From Candidatus Parcubacteria bacterium (GTDB taxonomy: Bacteria; Patescibacteriota; Minisyncoccia; Sungbacterales; SURF-37), in contig QZJO01000012.1 in the NCBI GenBank assembly GCA_003599755.1, forward strand, positions 1 to 57,289: a stretch of 57,289 bases of DNA, in the 5' to 3' direction. Below are positions 1 through 9,080 of the stretch, one piece after another (the first letter of the stretch is position 1; every line of letters begins with the position of its first letter). Made by a program: the position numbers and the translations under genes. The notes beneath the pieces are model-generated. The model saw only the letters and a list, made by a program, of their open reading frames with translations, had not been told where the DNA came from and did not search any database.

Positions 1-1729
1 GCCCTATGCGTTCTCGCTCGACACAACGACGCTTGCCAACGGCGCGCACACCATTTCGGCCCGCGCGCGGGACGCGGCGGGGAATACCGGGGTGGCGGCT
101 TTGGTGAATGTTACGGTAACCAATACCGCGCCCGATCCTTCGAATCTTATCCTGAACCCCTCGTTGGAAACGCTTGGCACTGACGGCAATCCCGAACACT
201 GGTTCAGCAATGCCTTCGGCCAAAACGATGCCGTATTCAGCTATCCCGTGGCGGGATTTAACGGCGCAAGCGCAGCGCGCGTGGATATAACCACCCACAC
301 CGATGGCGACGCCAAATGGTATTTTGCCGACGTACCGGTAACGCCGGGGGAAACCTACACCCTTTCGCACGCATACCGCTCGAATACAACTACGAACATT
401 ACGATCGTCTATACCATGAGTGTCGGCGAACCCCTGTACGTATGGCTTCAGGATGCGCCAGCCGCAACCGATTGGACTCGTACGTCGAGCGTATTCGTCG
501 TTCCCGACGGCGCGACTTCCATGACCTTCCTGCACATCCTGCATTCCGCCGGGTGGCTCGAAGTGGATGATTTCTCGCTCGCGAGCGGCAACCTGAATCA
601 ATTTGCGCGTCCCATGATCTCGTACACGTTCGATGACGGCTGGCTGACGCATTACACCCAGGCACTGCCGATTCTTGAGGCCGCAGGCGCAACGGGCGTG
701 TTCTACATCATGAGCCAGCCGACCCAGCAGGCGGAATCGAATGAGTTGATCGCAAATCCATCTTTGGAAGATGCCGGCACCGGCGGCGACCCCGTGAACT
801 GGTTCCGCGGCGGATGGGGGACGAATACGCGTACGCATACTTATCCGGTCGCGGGCATCGATGGCGCGCATGGCGCACGGGTGGAAATCACCGCATACAC
901 CAGCGGCGATGCCAAATGGTATTTCGGTGACGTGCCGGTAACACCGGGCGATAACTATACGTTCTCGGATCGCTATCAAGCGGATATCCCGTCCGAAGTC
1001 ATCACTCGGTACGCGATGACCGATGGCACGCACCAATACGGGCATTTGAACACGCTCGCCCCCACGAACGGCGCATGGAATATCTACACCAAAGACATCG
1101 TCATACCGGCAGGCACAGAATCAATGACGATCTTTCATCTGATCGCTGGCGTGGGATCGCTGACGGTTGATCAATTCAGTTTGCGCGACGGCAAAGAATC
1201 CGAGCTCTATATCAATCCCTCGCAAGCGCTCGCGCTGCAATCGACAGGACATGAAATCGGCGCGCACACGCGCACGCACGCCGACCTTACAACGCTCACG
1301 CCTGCAGAGCGGCAGAATGAAATCGTGGGCTCGCGCACTGAACTGCTTGCCATGGGCGTCGGGAGCATCGAGACGATCGCATATCCGTTCGGCGCGTACA
1401 ACGACGCGGTTCTTGCCGACACCCAGGCCGCCGGATATGCGGCGGGCCGCGGCGTGGAGCGCGGCAACAACACGACCGGAACGAACAAGTACACGCTGCG
1501 CGTCCAGCAAGTTGCCCGAACGACGACCATGGCGGATATTCAGGGCTGGGTCACCGACGCCATCAGCAACAATGCATGGCTCATTCTCATGTTCCACCAG
1601 ATCGATCATGACCCAGCCAATACGTTCGGCAATTCGCCCGAACTCCTGCAAGAGATCATGGCCTATGTGAACGCCGCGAACATCGATATCGTCACCATTA
1701 CGCAAGGTCTCGCGCTGATGAACCTGTAA
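1..1729 (+). CDS. Secreted polysaccharide deacetylase (CE4/NodB) with Ig-like domain and two CBM-like repeats; 5' truncated by window edge
   Basis: Frame open from base 2 (PYAFSLDTTTLANGAHTISARARDAAGN, Ig-like); TFDDG, HTRTH, AYPFG and LMFH CE4 motifs; two similar NPSLE...GDAKWYF.DVPVTPG repeats. Confidence 0.85.
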   Translation, partial: PYAFSLDTTTLANGAHTISARARDAAGNTGVAALVNVTVTNTAPDPSNLILNPSLETLGTDGNPEHWFSNAFGQNDAVFSYPVAGFNGASAARVDITTHTDGDAKWYFADVPVTPGETYTLSHAYRSNTTTNITIVYTMSVGEPLYVWLQDAPAATDWTRTSSVFVVPDGATSMTFLHILHSAGWLEVDDFSLASGNLNQFARPMISYTFDDGWLTHYTQALPILEAAGATGVFYIMSQPTQQAESNELIANPSLEDAGTGGDPVNWFRGGWGTNTRTHTYPVAGIDGAHGARVEITAYTSGDAKWYFGDVPVTPGDNYTFSDRYQADIPSEVITRYAMTDGTHQYGHLNTLAPTNGAWNIYTKDIVIPAGTESMTIFHLIAGVGSLTVDQFSLRDGKESELYINPSQALALQSTGHEIGAHTRTHADLTTLTPAERQNEIVGSRTELLAMGVGSIETIAYPFGAYNDAVLADTQAAGYAAGRGVERGNNTTGTNKYTLRVQQVARTTTMADIQGWVTDAISNNAWLILMFHQIDHDPANTFGNSPELLQEIMAYVNAANIDIVTITQGLALMNL

Positions 1730-1742
1730 CAAGGCGCGTGAT

Positions 1743-1780
1743 ACTAAAATCTCCTCCGCCGCGGCGGAGGAGATTTTAGT
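1743..1780. terminator. Bidirectional intrinsic terminator (perfect 38-bp palindrome)
   Basis: actaaaatctcctccgccg|cggcggaggagattttagt between convergent genes. Confidence 0.8.
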
Positions 1781-3207
1781 TATTCCGGCAGAGCGTCCTG
1801 GAATGCTTTGAGCGAGGCGGAATCGGACCAGATACGCCAATCCTGCTCTTTGTTCTCGTTGAACCAGACCCAGCCCTGCACGAGCGGGTGCTTGGGTAAT
1901 TGCACGGTCAATGCATCGGTAATCCATGACGCCTTTTGCGGGCCCGCAGCCGACGCGAACGATGTGATATAAATCGGCTTTCCGTAATTCGCGAGTTTTT
2001 CCAAGGCGCTGCCGAAGATTTGCGAGAACGAAAGCCACGGATTGCCGAAATTAAATCCATCCACGCCGACGATATCGACATAGAGATTACCCGGATAAAA
2101 GTTCTCAATGGCGTTGGCGGCGGTATTCGGCACCGATACCTGATTCGGACTCCATCCGAATTTCACGTTCGGGACGTTCGCGAAGTAGGAGCGAATATGG
2201 CGGTAGGCCGCGACGTGCTTTTCGGACGTATTGCCGTTGAGCGTGATGGAACCGGGCATCCAACTGCCATTAAACTCCGAAAAGGGAATCAGGATGACCG
2301 GCCCCCCAAATGCCTTGGCCTGTGCGGCAAAGCTCGCGAGATACGCATTCCAACTGCCGGCAAGAATCGCGTCGTACGAAAAACGGGGATCGTTGGCGCC
2401 GACGTTGTAATCCATAGCTTCCCAGAAGATCAGAAGCGTATCGCCGCGGTCGCGCGTGTAGGGAGCAAGATGTGCGGGAAAGGCGTTGTTGTTTCCCCAA
2501 TGGACGAACGTCGCCAGAATATCCGGCTCATCACCGACTTGCTGGTGGAATTCGGCGATGTCGCTATCACGCCAGCCGGCGTACGCGCCCCACTGTATCG
2601 CGGCAGCCGCAGGCGGCGGCACCGGTGTCGGGGCAGGCGCTGGGGCAGCTGCAGGCGGCGGCGGAACGGGAATTGGCGCTGGCAGTGGAATCGGCGTCGG
2701 CAGAGGAGCCGGAGGCGGGGGAGTCGGTGCTGGCGGAGGAAGCGGCGTGGGTGATGGCGGCGGTATAGGCGTGGGCGCCGGATTCGCGCTGCACGAATTC
2801 GTGACAATAAAAATGGTGTTGGAAAGCGTCATGCGCTCGGGATTCGAGGCGCGAACGCGATACACGTATGGAGTTCCGGCACGCGCGGTTTTGTCGGTAA
2901 ATTGATCGCCCACAGTCGCGCCCACGCGCCACCAGCGCCGTTCGCTCGGAAGTTTCCGTTGGATTTGGTAAATTTCGGCATTCGCCGATTGCGTCCATGT
3001 CAGGCGAACCTCCGAAACCGCTCCCGCGCACTGCGGCGCAACCGAAAGCGTAAACGGTCCCGGCTGGACCGGCGCCGACACGGCCAGGTGTTCTGCTGCC
3101 GTGAAATTTGCAGTGCTAAAAAATGCCGCCAATACCGCCAGTGCCGCAAGACCGACCCGTCCGTCCATCGCAGGGAATGTTTTCATCCGCGCTACCCTAG
3201 CACTCAT
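1780..3207 (-). CDS. GH26-like protein with signal peptide, FN3-like domain and Pro-rich linker
   Basis: Hydrophobic N-terminus; LTW...Y.Y.VRA FN3 pattern; poly-Pro stalk; SEFNGSW, FYPG..YVDIVGVDGFN and WFNENKE.DW GH26 motifs. Confidence 0.8.
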   Translation of the reverse strand: MSARVARMKTFPAMDGRVGLAALAVLAAFFSTANFTAAEHLAVSAPVQPGPFTLSVAPQCAGAVSEVRLTWTQSANAEIYQIQRKLPSERRWWRVGATVGDQFTDKTARAGTPYVYRVRASNPERMTLSNTIFIVTNSCSANPAPTPIPPPSPTPLPPPAPTPPPPAPLPTPIPLPAPIPVPPPPAAAPAPAPTPVPPPAAAAIQWGAYAGWRDSDIAEFHQQVGDEPDILATFVHWGNNNAFPAHLAPYTRDRGDTLLIFWEAMDYNVGANDPRFSYDAILAGSWNAYLASFAAQAKAFGGPVILIPFSEFNGSWMPGSITLNGNTSEKHVAAYRHIRSYFANVPNVKFGWSPNQVSVPNTAANAIENFYPGNLYVDIVGVDGFNFGNPWLSFSQIFGSALEKLANYGKPIYITSFASAAGPQKASWITDALTVQLPKHPLVQGWVWFNENKEQDWRIWSDSASLKAFQDALPE

Positions 3208-3221
3208 CCGAAAATTTTTCC

Positions 3222-3230
3222 TGTGGATAA
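3222..3230 (-). promoter_or_regulatory. Consensus DnaA box in divergent intergenic region
   Basis: TGTGGATAA (reverse complement TTATCCACA), followed by a degenerate copy. Confidence 0.5.
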
Positions 3231-3417
3231 CTGCGTGGACTTTTATACGCTTTATTGCAGAAAACCGACGCGCTCAAAATTATCGATTTCATCGGGCAAA
3301 TAAACCGCCGAGACGCCAATGCCGAAACTGGCCAGACCACAAAACCCCATGCTACCCTCGGCATGCGCCAAGAGGCGATACATCCGCTCCCCCACAACGC
3401 AAAAGGAGGCCCGAATC

Positions 3418-4710
3418 ATGCTCACCGTGCAGCGCGGTCCGAAGATCGCCGAGGGCAAGACCAAGATCCTGTACTGCGAAGAAGGCCGACCCGGCCGCGT
3501 CGACATCGAGCAGAAGGACGATATCACGGCCGGCGACGGCAAGAAGCACGACATCCTCTCCGGTAAGGGCGCGGCCGCGAATCAGACCGCGGTCAACATC
3601 TTCAAGCTCCTGCAGTCCAACCCGATGATCCCCGTCGCATTCAGGGGACAGTCATCGGCCACGAGCTTCGCAGCGCCGCTGTGCGAGATGCTGCCGCTCG
3701 AAGTGGTCGTGCGGCGCCGGAATTTCGGTTCCTTCGGCCAGCGCAACCCGCACGTGCCGGAGATGACCGTGTTCCCGCGCCTCGTGCTCGAGTTCTTCCT
3801 GAAGACCAAGGGCAAGCAATGGAACGGCATGGGGCTTCCGGAGGACGACCCTTACATCCGGTTCTCGAGCGATGGCATGATGAACCTCTACCATCCGAAG
3901 AAGCCCCTCGGCTCGGACTGGGCGACCGGCGAGCTTTCGGTGCCGGAGATCATCACCTCGAAGCGTCTGGATGAGATCAGGCATGTGACGCCGTATCTCT
4001 TCCTCATCCTCGAGAAGGCCTTCTTCCTCGCCGACGGCCTCGAGCTCATCGACTTCAAGCTCGAGTTCGGCATCGGCCCAGACAAGCGCCTCTATTTGGC
4101 CGACGTGGTCACGCCCGACGAAGTGCGGCTCCTGAAGGATGGCCGGCACGAATCCAAGGAGTTCTATCGCCGGAACGGCCAGCTCGACAAGGTCCTCGAG
4201 ATCTACCAGCGCGTGGCCCGGGCGACCGAGCGGTTCCCCGATGCCCCGCCGCAGACCGTCATCCTCTGGCGCGGCTCGACGAAGGACGACTTCACGCCGT
4301 TTGCCGACGCCCTCAAGTCGGGCGCGGTGCCGGGGCTCGCCATGATCCCCGTGACCTGCTCCATGCACAAGGAAGCGGAGCGGGGATGCCGGCTCTTGGC
4401 CAAGGCGATCCAGGAGCATCCCGATGCGGTAGTCATCGCCTACGTGGGCCGGTCCAACGGCGCGGGACCGACGCTCGCGGCACACACGCATGCGCCGGTC
4501 ATCACGGTTCCGGCCGGATGGGAGCGGTTTCCCGAAGACGTCTGGTCGTCGCTGCGCGCGCCATCCGACGTGCCGGTCATGACCTGCCTCACGCCGGCCA
4601 ACGCGGTCTTGGCCGCGCTCAATATCTTCGCGATGAAGAACCCCTTCGTCTACGCCGCGGTGCGCTCGAAGCTCGAAGCGCGCCTCACCAACACCATCGA
4701 GATCGCGTAG
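3418..4710 (+). CDS. purC-purE: Bifunctional SAICAR synthetase / class II AIR carboxylase (PAICS-like PurC-PurE fusion)
   Basis: AEGKTK, KDDITAGDG, LIDFKLEFG, LADVVTPD (PurC); SMHK, GRSNGAGP, DVWSSLRAPS (PAICS-type PurE); SD AAGGAGG at 3403-3409. Confidence 0.9.
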   Translation: MLTVQRGPKIAEGKTKILYCEEGRPGRVDIEQKDDITAGDGKKHDILSGKGAAANQTAVNIFKLLQSNPMIPVAFRGQSSATSFAAPLCEMLPLEVVVRRRNFGSFGQRNPHVPEMTVFPRLVLEFFLKTKGKQWNGMGLPEDDPYIRFSSDGMMNLYHPKKPLGSDWATGELSVPEIITSKRLDEIRHVTPYLFLILEKAFFLADGLELIDFKLEFGIGPDKRLYLADVVTPDEVRLLKDGRHESKEFYRRNGQLDKVLEIYQRVARATERFPDAPPQTVILWRGSTKDDFTPFADALKSGAVPGLAMIPVTCSMHKEAERGCRLLAKAIQEHPDAVVIAYVGRSNGAGPTLAAHTHAPVITVPAGWERFPEDVWSSLRAPSDVPVMTCLTPANAVLAALNIFAMKNPFVYAAVRSKLEARLTNTIEIA

Positions 4711-4729
4711 CAGTTCTTCGGACAGCCCT

Positions 4730-4766
4730 GCCGGGCGGAGTTGCGACTCCGCCCGGCTCTTTTTTT
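4730..4766 (+). terminator. Intrinsic terminator
   Basis: gccgggcggagt-tgcg-actccgcccggc followed by a T tract. Confidence 0.85.
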
Positions 4767-4768
4767 AT

Positions 4769-4797
4769 TTGACTATTTATTAATTTTATGATATATC
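4769..4797 (+). promoter_or_regulatory. Sigma70-type promoter for the phosphotransferase gene
   Basis: TTGACT-17 nt AT-rich-TATATC. Confidence 0.55.
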
Positions 4798-4860
4798 TTT
4801 GCCGGGTATATCGCTCTTACGTAGCGCGAAAACGCCGCATATGCGGCAGAGGAGACGCCG

Positions 4861-5832
4861 GTGAAAGGAATTCCGACCGCGGATCAGGTCAGAGCCCACA
4901 TCAGAGCCCACTATGCGGACTTCCGCGACGCGGATGTCGAGCTGTTCGACGCCCACAATCACGTGATCTATCGGGTCATCCTTCCCGGCGGCCGAACGTA
5001 TGCGATTCGGATGATCAATCCGGAAAGCTATCGCCGCGGCGAGTGGATCTCGGTGGCCGAGGAACACGACATTCTCGCGGCTATCGCGGGCACCGGACTC
5101 GGTCCCAAGACCTACGGCTGCGATGACCGGCTCGTGGAACCGTTCATCCTCCAGGAGTTCGTCACCGCAACCTGCTACAACGACCTCAAGCCGCTTTCGG
5201 ATGAGCATCTCGCGAGCGCGGCCCGCGCAATCGCGCTTCTCAACGAGGAGCCGATATCGCCGGACAGGTTTCCGTTCATGCGGCAATACATCCACAAGGG
5301 CTACGCACGGGCAAGTGCCGCGTGGTACTTCCGGCTCGCGGATTCGATCCGCCGGCTGCCGCGCCGTGATGTGCTCCGATGGACGGCCCGCATCCTGCCG
5401 CTTGCCCGGAAGGCATCGCGTCTTCTCGCGAAAGCCGAATATCTGCTGCCGTCGGAATTCTCGTTCCATTTCGACGGCGCGCATACCGGCAATACCTACT
5501 GGCGCGACGGCAAAACGATGTTCCTCGACTGGCAGAAGGTAAGCTGGCGCAACGATCCAAGCTTCACGCTCGTGCGCTTCGCCACGTCGACTGCCGAGCA
5601 GGGCATCGTCTCGGAGCGCGTTTTCGAGACGCTGGTCAATACGTACCAGCAGGTTCGGCCCGTGCCTGAGTTCGATGAGATTGCCGTGTTCCGGCTGATG
5701 GAACGGCAGGTTGCGGATCTGGTCTTCGTGCTCTGGGATCATACGCGCCGGCGCGACGCCCAGCCCGTAGAAGAGGGGACGAGTATCGTCCCGCGCTATC
5801 GAGAAGTACGGCGCGCGCTCCAACGGTACTGA
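4861..5832 (+). CDS. Aminoglycoside phosphotransferase / choline kinase-like small-molecule kinase
   Basis: YAIR, EHDIL..IAGTGLGPK, HFDGAHTGN (Brenner-like) and FLDWQ motifs; GTG start with AGGAG. Confidence 0.75.
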   Translation: MKGIPTADQVRAHIRAHYADFRDADVELFDAHNHVIYRVILPGGRTYAIRMINPESYRRGEWISVAEEHDILAAIAGTGLGPKTYGCDDRLVEPFILQEFVTATCYNDLKPLSDEHLASAARAIALLNEEPISPDRFPFMRQYIHKGYARASAAWYFRLADSIRRLPRRDVLRWTARILPLARKASRLLAKAEYLLPSEFSFHFDGAHTGNTYWRDGKTMFLDWQKVSWRNDPSFTLVRFATSTAEQGIVSERVFETLVNTYQQVRPVPEFDEIAVFRLMERQVADLVFVLWDHTRRRDAQPVEEGTSIVPRYREVRRALQRY

Positions 5833-5842
5833 GCGATTACAG

Positions 5843-5877
5843 ACAGCGGGCACCAGTCGGTGCCCGCTGTTCCTTTT
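5843..5877 (+). terminator. Intrinsic terminator
   Basis: acagcgggcacc-agtc-ggtgcccgctgt-tcctttt. Confidence 0.8.
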
Positions 5878-5911
5878 CAAGGGTTAAACGCGCTACCATG
5901 GCAGTATCCCC

Positions 5912-6376
5912 ATGAAGCTAAAAGCCGGACAAAAAGCGCCGGATTTCAAACTTCCGGACCAAGACGGGATCATGCACGCGCTCAAGGACTACCGCGGCAA
6001 ATGGGTACTGTTGTATTTCTATCCCAAAGACGATACGCCCGGCTGCACGCGCGAGGCCTGGGACATCCGCGACCGCCTCCCGAATTTTACGAAGCTCAAA
6101 ATAAAAGTTTTCGGCGCGAGCGTGGATCCGATCAAAAAGCACAAAAAATTCGCCGAGAAATACCATTTGCCGTTCACGCTTTTGTCCGATGAACAAAAAA
6201 CGCTCGTGAAAGCATACGGCGTCTGGGGCAAGAAGAAATTCATGGGCCGCGAATACGACGGCACGTTCCGCACGTCCTTTCTCATTGATCCGGACGGGAA
6301 GATCGCGCATATCTACGAAAAGGTAAAACCTGAAATCCACGCCGAAGAAGTCCTGGCATACTTCCGCGCGCGCTAG
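5912..6376 (+). CDS. bcp: Thioredoxin-dependent thiol peroxidase (Bcp/PrxQ)
   Basis: LYFYPKDDTPGCTREA and RTSFLID motifs. Confidence 0.93.
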   Translation: MKLKAGQKAPDFKLPDQDGIMHALKDYRGKWVLLYFYPKDDTPGCTREAWDIRDRLPNFTKLKIKVFGASVDPIKKHKKFAEKYHLPFTLLSDEQKTLVKAYGVWGKKKFMGREYDGTFRTSFLIDPDGKIAHIYEKVKPEIHAEEVLAYFRAR

Positions 6377-6467
6377 CCGCCGTTCATGAAAACGCTCATC
6401 CCGCGGCATCATTCATAAGCGTGAAAATTTCGCCAAGATTGATCCGGCGGCGAACATCGTTCCAACT

Positions 6468-7829
6468 ATGAGCGAAAAAATTCCTCCTTTCCCAAACACG
6501 CCAGAGACGGAAGTTCGCTTAAAAGATGCGGAGCTCGTTGAAGCGCCCCAAAAACTCTCGCCCAAAGAGGCATCAAAAGAATTGATGACGCCTGAGCGTC
6601 TCGAACTTGCGCATGCCATTCGAACGGAACGTCGCGAGAATTTTCAGCGCCTGCGGGAACTAAGAGCCAAGGCGCTTCTGCTTGAGCACCAGCTGCAGAA
6701 CAAAACAGCAGAGGCAAATAGGATACAGGAAGAACTAAGCCAGCTTTCTTCCGAGCGCGCCGATGAAGCTACGGTGCTCGCCGAAAGAATTTCTCAATTG
6801 CTTGAAGAGCAGGAATTGCTGCGCGGAGAACGAGAGGGATTACATCAATTACTGGAAGACGACGCAGCAATTGAAAGTATCAGAACAAAAGTTCAGGAGC
6901 ATTACGGAAAGGCAGAAGAGTTGGGGAATAAAAAATTCGAAGGGGAGTTGAAAACCGTACAGCAGGTCATGATGCGAAATGATGCGTTTGTCGTCCATAC
7001 GATTGAATGGAATCCGGAGCTTCGTCATAACGCGAATTCGAACGTAAGCCAGGCCACGACGTTTGAGGATGACCTGAAAATTTTATTGGCCTTCGAACCT
7101 ACGATATCCGCTTCTTCGGTAAAAACCGGCGTAAACGAGGAAGGAAAGGTAAGCGGCCTTTGGAGCCAAGCCGGCGGCGTTCTGTTAGGCAAGGGTGAAA
7201 TCCGTTCCGCTTCAGCGATTGATGCGGGAACTGTTTCCCGGGGCATCAAAAATCGCTGGAATACCGAAGAAGGACAAACGCCGGAAGAAATCGATGCGGT
7301 TGTGCGGATGCGGCGCGCGGCTTTCGATGAGCGCGCTCAGGCCGAAGGTATTCGGAAAGTCGAACTCGGCGGATACAACGAGCTCGTGATCGATAATCCG
7401 GAGGTATTCGGCTATTTCAAACCCGCGGACGTCGATGAGAATGGAATTTTTTGGATACATAATTTACGTACAAAAAAAGAGCTTGAAAAAATGCATGAAT
7501 TACACGGGCGGGGCAGGTCCTATACTATGGAACTCGAAGTATTTAACCGAAATCTAGAAAGCTACCGAGAAGAAATGAACAGGGTAAAGCAAGTAGGTTT
7601 GCCCGTGTTTGTGATGACGCCGGATCGCCGGGTCCTCGAATGCCTTGATATTACAAATTCAGGACAAGTGATCGTAGGAAGGGAATTGAGACCCGAGGAT
7701 GTCGCAAATGGCAGGAGCGGCGTGGTTATCGAAGACCGAAAAAAGCTTGGGGAGGAGCTTTTGAGCAAACAGGTATTCCGAGACGAAAAAACAACTCAGG
7801 AAGCGAAAAAAATCGTCGAAGAACTCTAA
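6468..7829 (+). CDS. Hypothetical protein: N-terminal coiled coil, possible ADP-ribosyltransferase-like C-terminal domain
   Basis: 453-aa ORF, more AT-rich than neighbours; Glu/Leu/Lys heptads; VVH...ISAS...YNE pattern. Confidence 0.75.
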   Translation: MSEKIPPFPNTPETEVRLKDAELVEAPQKLSPKEASKELMTPERLELAHAIRTERRENFQRLRELRAKALLLEHQLQNKTAEANRIQEELSQLSSERADEATVLAERISQLLEEQELLRGEREGLHQLLEDDAAIESIRTKVQEHYGKAEELGNKKFEGELKTVQQVMMRNDAFVVHTIEWNPELRHNANSNVSQATTFEDDLKILLAFEPTISASSVKTGVNEEGKVSGLWSQAGGVLLGKGEIRSASAIDAGTVSRGIKNRWNTEEGQTPEEIDAVVRMRRAAFDERAQAEGIRKVELGGYNELVIDNPEVFGYFKPADVDENGIFWIHNLRTKKELEKMHELHGRGRSYTMELEVFNRNLESYREEMNRVKQVGLPVFVMTPDRRVLECLDITNSGQVIVGRELRPEDVANGRSGVVIEDRKKLGEELLSKQVFRDEKTTQEAKKIVEEL

Positions 7830-7847
7830 TCATTTCCCAAAATTGCT

Positions 7848-8393
7848 ATGAGCGGCGACATTGCGGTCATCCTGATACTGATATTGCGCCTCGTGGTGCC
7901 GTTTTCGCTGTTCCGCTGGCCATTGGCCGGCATATTTTTGTGCATTGCAGCCGACGCCTCGGACGTGATGATTCTGCAGGCCACGGGCTACGGATTCCTC
8001 GACGGCGGGTACTATCACCATTTCGACAAGATCGCCGACATTTATTATTTGTTCTTCGCCTGGCTCGTAGCCAGGAAGTGGGACGATCCTTTGGCGCGCG
8101 GCACGGCTACGTTTTGGTTCTGGTGGCGCATGGCTGGCGTGGCCGCGTTCGAGCTCACCGGCTGGCGGCCGATATTCCTGATCGCGCCGAGCATCTTTGA
8201 AAATTTCTACATCGCCCGCCTTGTCATCACGAAATTCAAACCTTCGTTCCGGTTCCGCCCGAGCACGCTCATCGTTATACTATTGCTCGTCGGCATCCCG
8301 AAGATCGTCCAGGAATATATCATGCATTTTGCCTACATCGACCAAACGTGGACCTTCATCCGCGAGCACTTCTTCTGGTGGCTCTACGAGTAG
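7848..8393 (+). CDS. Hypothetical integral membrane protein
   Basis: Several hydrophobic segments; DASD and YHHFDKIADIYY motifs. Confidence 0.75.
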   Translation: MSGDIAVILILILRLVVPFSLFRWPLAGIFLCIAADASDVMILQATGYGFLDGGYYHHFDKIADIYYLFFAWLVARKWDDPLARGTATFWFWWRMAGVAAFELTGWRPIFLIAPSIFENFYIARLVITKFKPSFRFRPSTLIVILLLVGIPKIVQEYIMHFAYIDQTWTFIREHFFWWLYE

Positions 8394-8458
8394 CGCCGCT
8401 CTGGCGCCCCAGATAAGATTCGCGCCGTTGAAACGTCATTATCCCATCTTCCCTAAGG

Positions 8459-8857
8459 ATGGGTTTATTTCGTTTCCTCCGTATGCAATTACCCGCGCTT
8501 GCGAGAAACTACGGTTATCTTTGGGTAACGCTCATACTGTTTCTCGGCAGCATCATCGGCCATTGGACGTTCGCGTGGTACGCGTTCGTACGCGAGCAGG
8601 AAGCGCATAACCAACCCGTACAGGCACGCGAGTATTTCATCGAAGTGTCGCGGGACACGCTTGAGAATTGGCAATCAGAATTCCTCCAGCTCATCTGGCA
8701 GGTCGCGGGCCTTGCATTCCTCTTGTACGTCGGGTCGCCGCAATCCAAAGAAGGGGATGAGCGCAAGGAAGAAAAAATCGACCGCATTCTTGCCGCGGTG
8801 GATAAAAACGGTGAGAACATCATCAAAGCACTCGATAAGAAATATCCCCGGAAGTAG
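8459..8857 (+). CDS. DUF6766-like membrane protein
   Basis: TLENWQSEFLQL...VGSPQSKEGD motif; start could be 8483. Confidence 0.7.
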   Translation: MGLFRFLRMQLPALARNYGYLWVTLILFLGSIIGHWTFAWYAFVREQEAHNQPVQAREYFIEVSRDTLENWQSEFLQLIWQVAGLAFLLYVGSPQSKEGDERKEEKIDRILAAVDKNGENIIKALDKKYPRK

Positions 8858-8866
8858 AATACGGAT

Positions 8867-9019
8867 ATGGAAAAGATCAAAATCGAGCAGCATAGCATGT
8901 CGGGCCTGTTCTGGATCGCCGGGTGGCTCTTTGCCATCGGCTTTCTGGGGCTAACATTTTGGCAGGGCGTTCTGGCGATTGCTATCTGGCCGTATTATCT
9001 GGGCATCGCGTTCCGCTAG
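8867..9019 (+). CDS. Small membrane protein (50 aa), below the ORF-track cutoff
   Basis: MEKIKIEQHSMSGLFWIAGWLFAIGFLGLTFWQGVLAIAIWPYYLGIAFR; TAGAAT 6 nt upstream of ATG. Confidence 0.75.
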   Translation: MEKIKIEQHSMSGLFWIAGWLFAIGFLGLTFWQGVLAIAIWPYYLGIAFR

Positions 9020-9042
9020 AGAACAGCCCCTTCAATGAGAAC

Positions 9043-9070
9043 CGGCCCGCCGTCTTCTGACGGCGGGCCG
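9043..9070. terminator. Hairpin between convergent genes
   Basis: cggcccgccgtc-ttct-gacggcgggccg. Confidence 0.7.
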
Positions 9071-9080
9071 TTGGGTTCGG

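Noticed and set aside
2600-2780. Tandem-repeat-like GC-rich stretch
   Set aside because: It encodes a Pro/Ala linker with varied codons, not a DNA repeat array
3222-3240. Replication origin at the DnaA box
   Set aside because: Only one consensus box, no box cluster or unwinding element, and no dnaA/dnaN nearby
3300-3417. Purine or ZTP riboswitch upstream of purC-purE (also checked upstream of purB)
   Set aside because: Conserved aptamer motifs not found and the leaders are short
6376-6451. gccgccg...cggcggc inverted pair as another fold-back insertion
   Set aside because: Only 7 GC-rich bp and no flanking direct repeat
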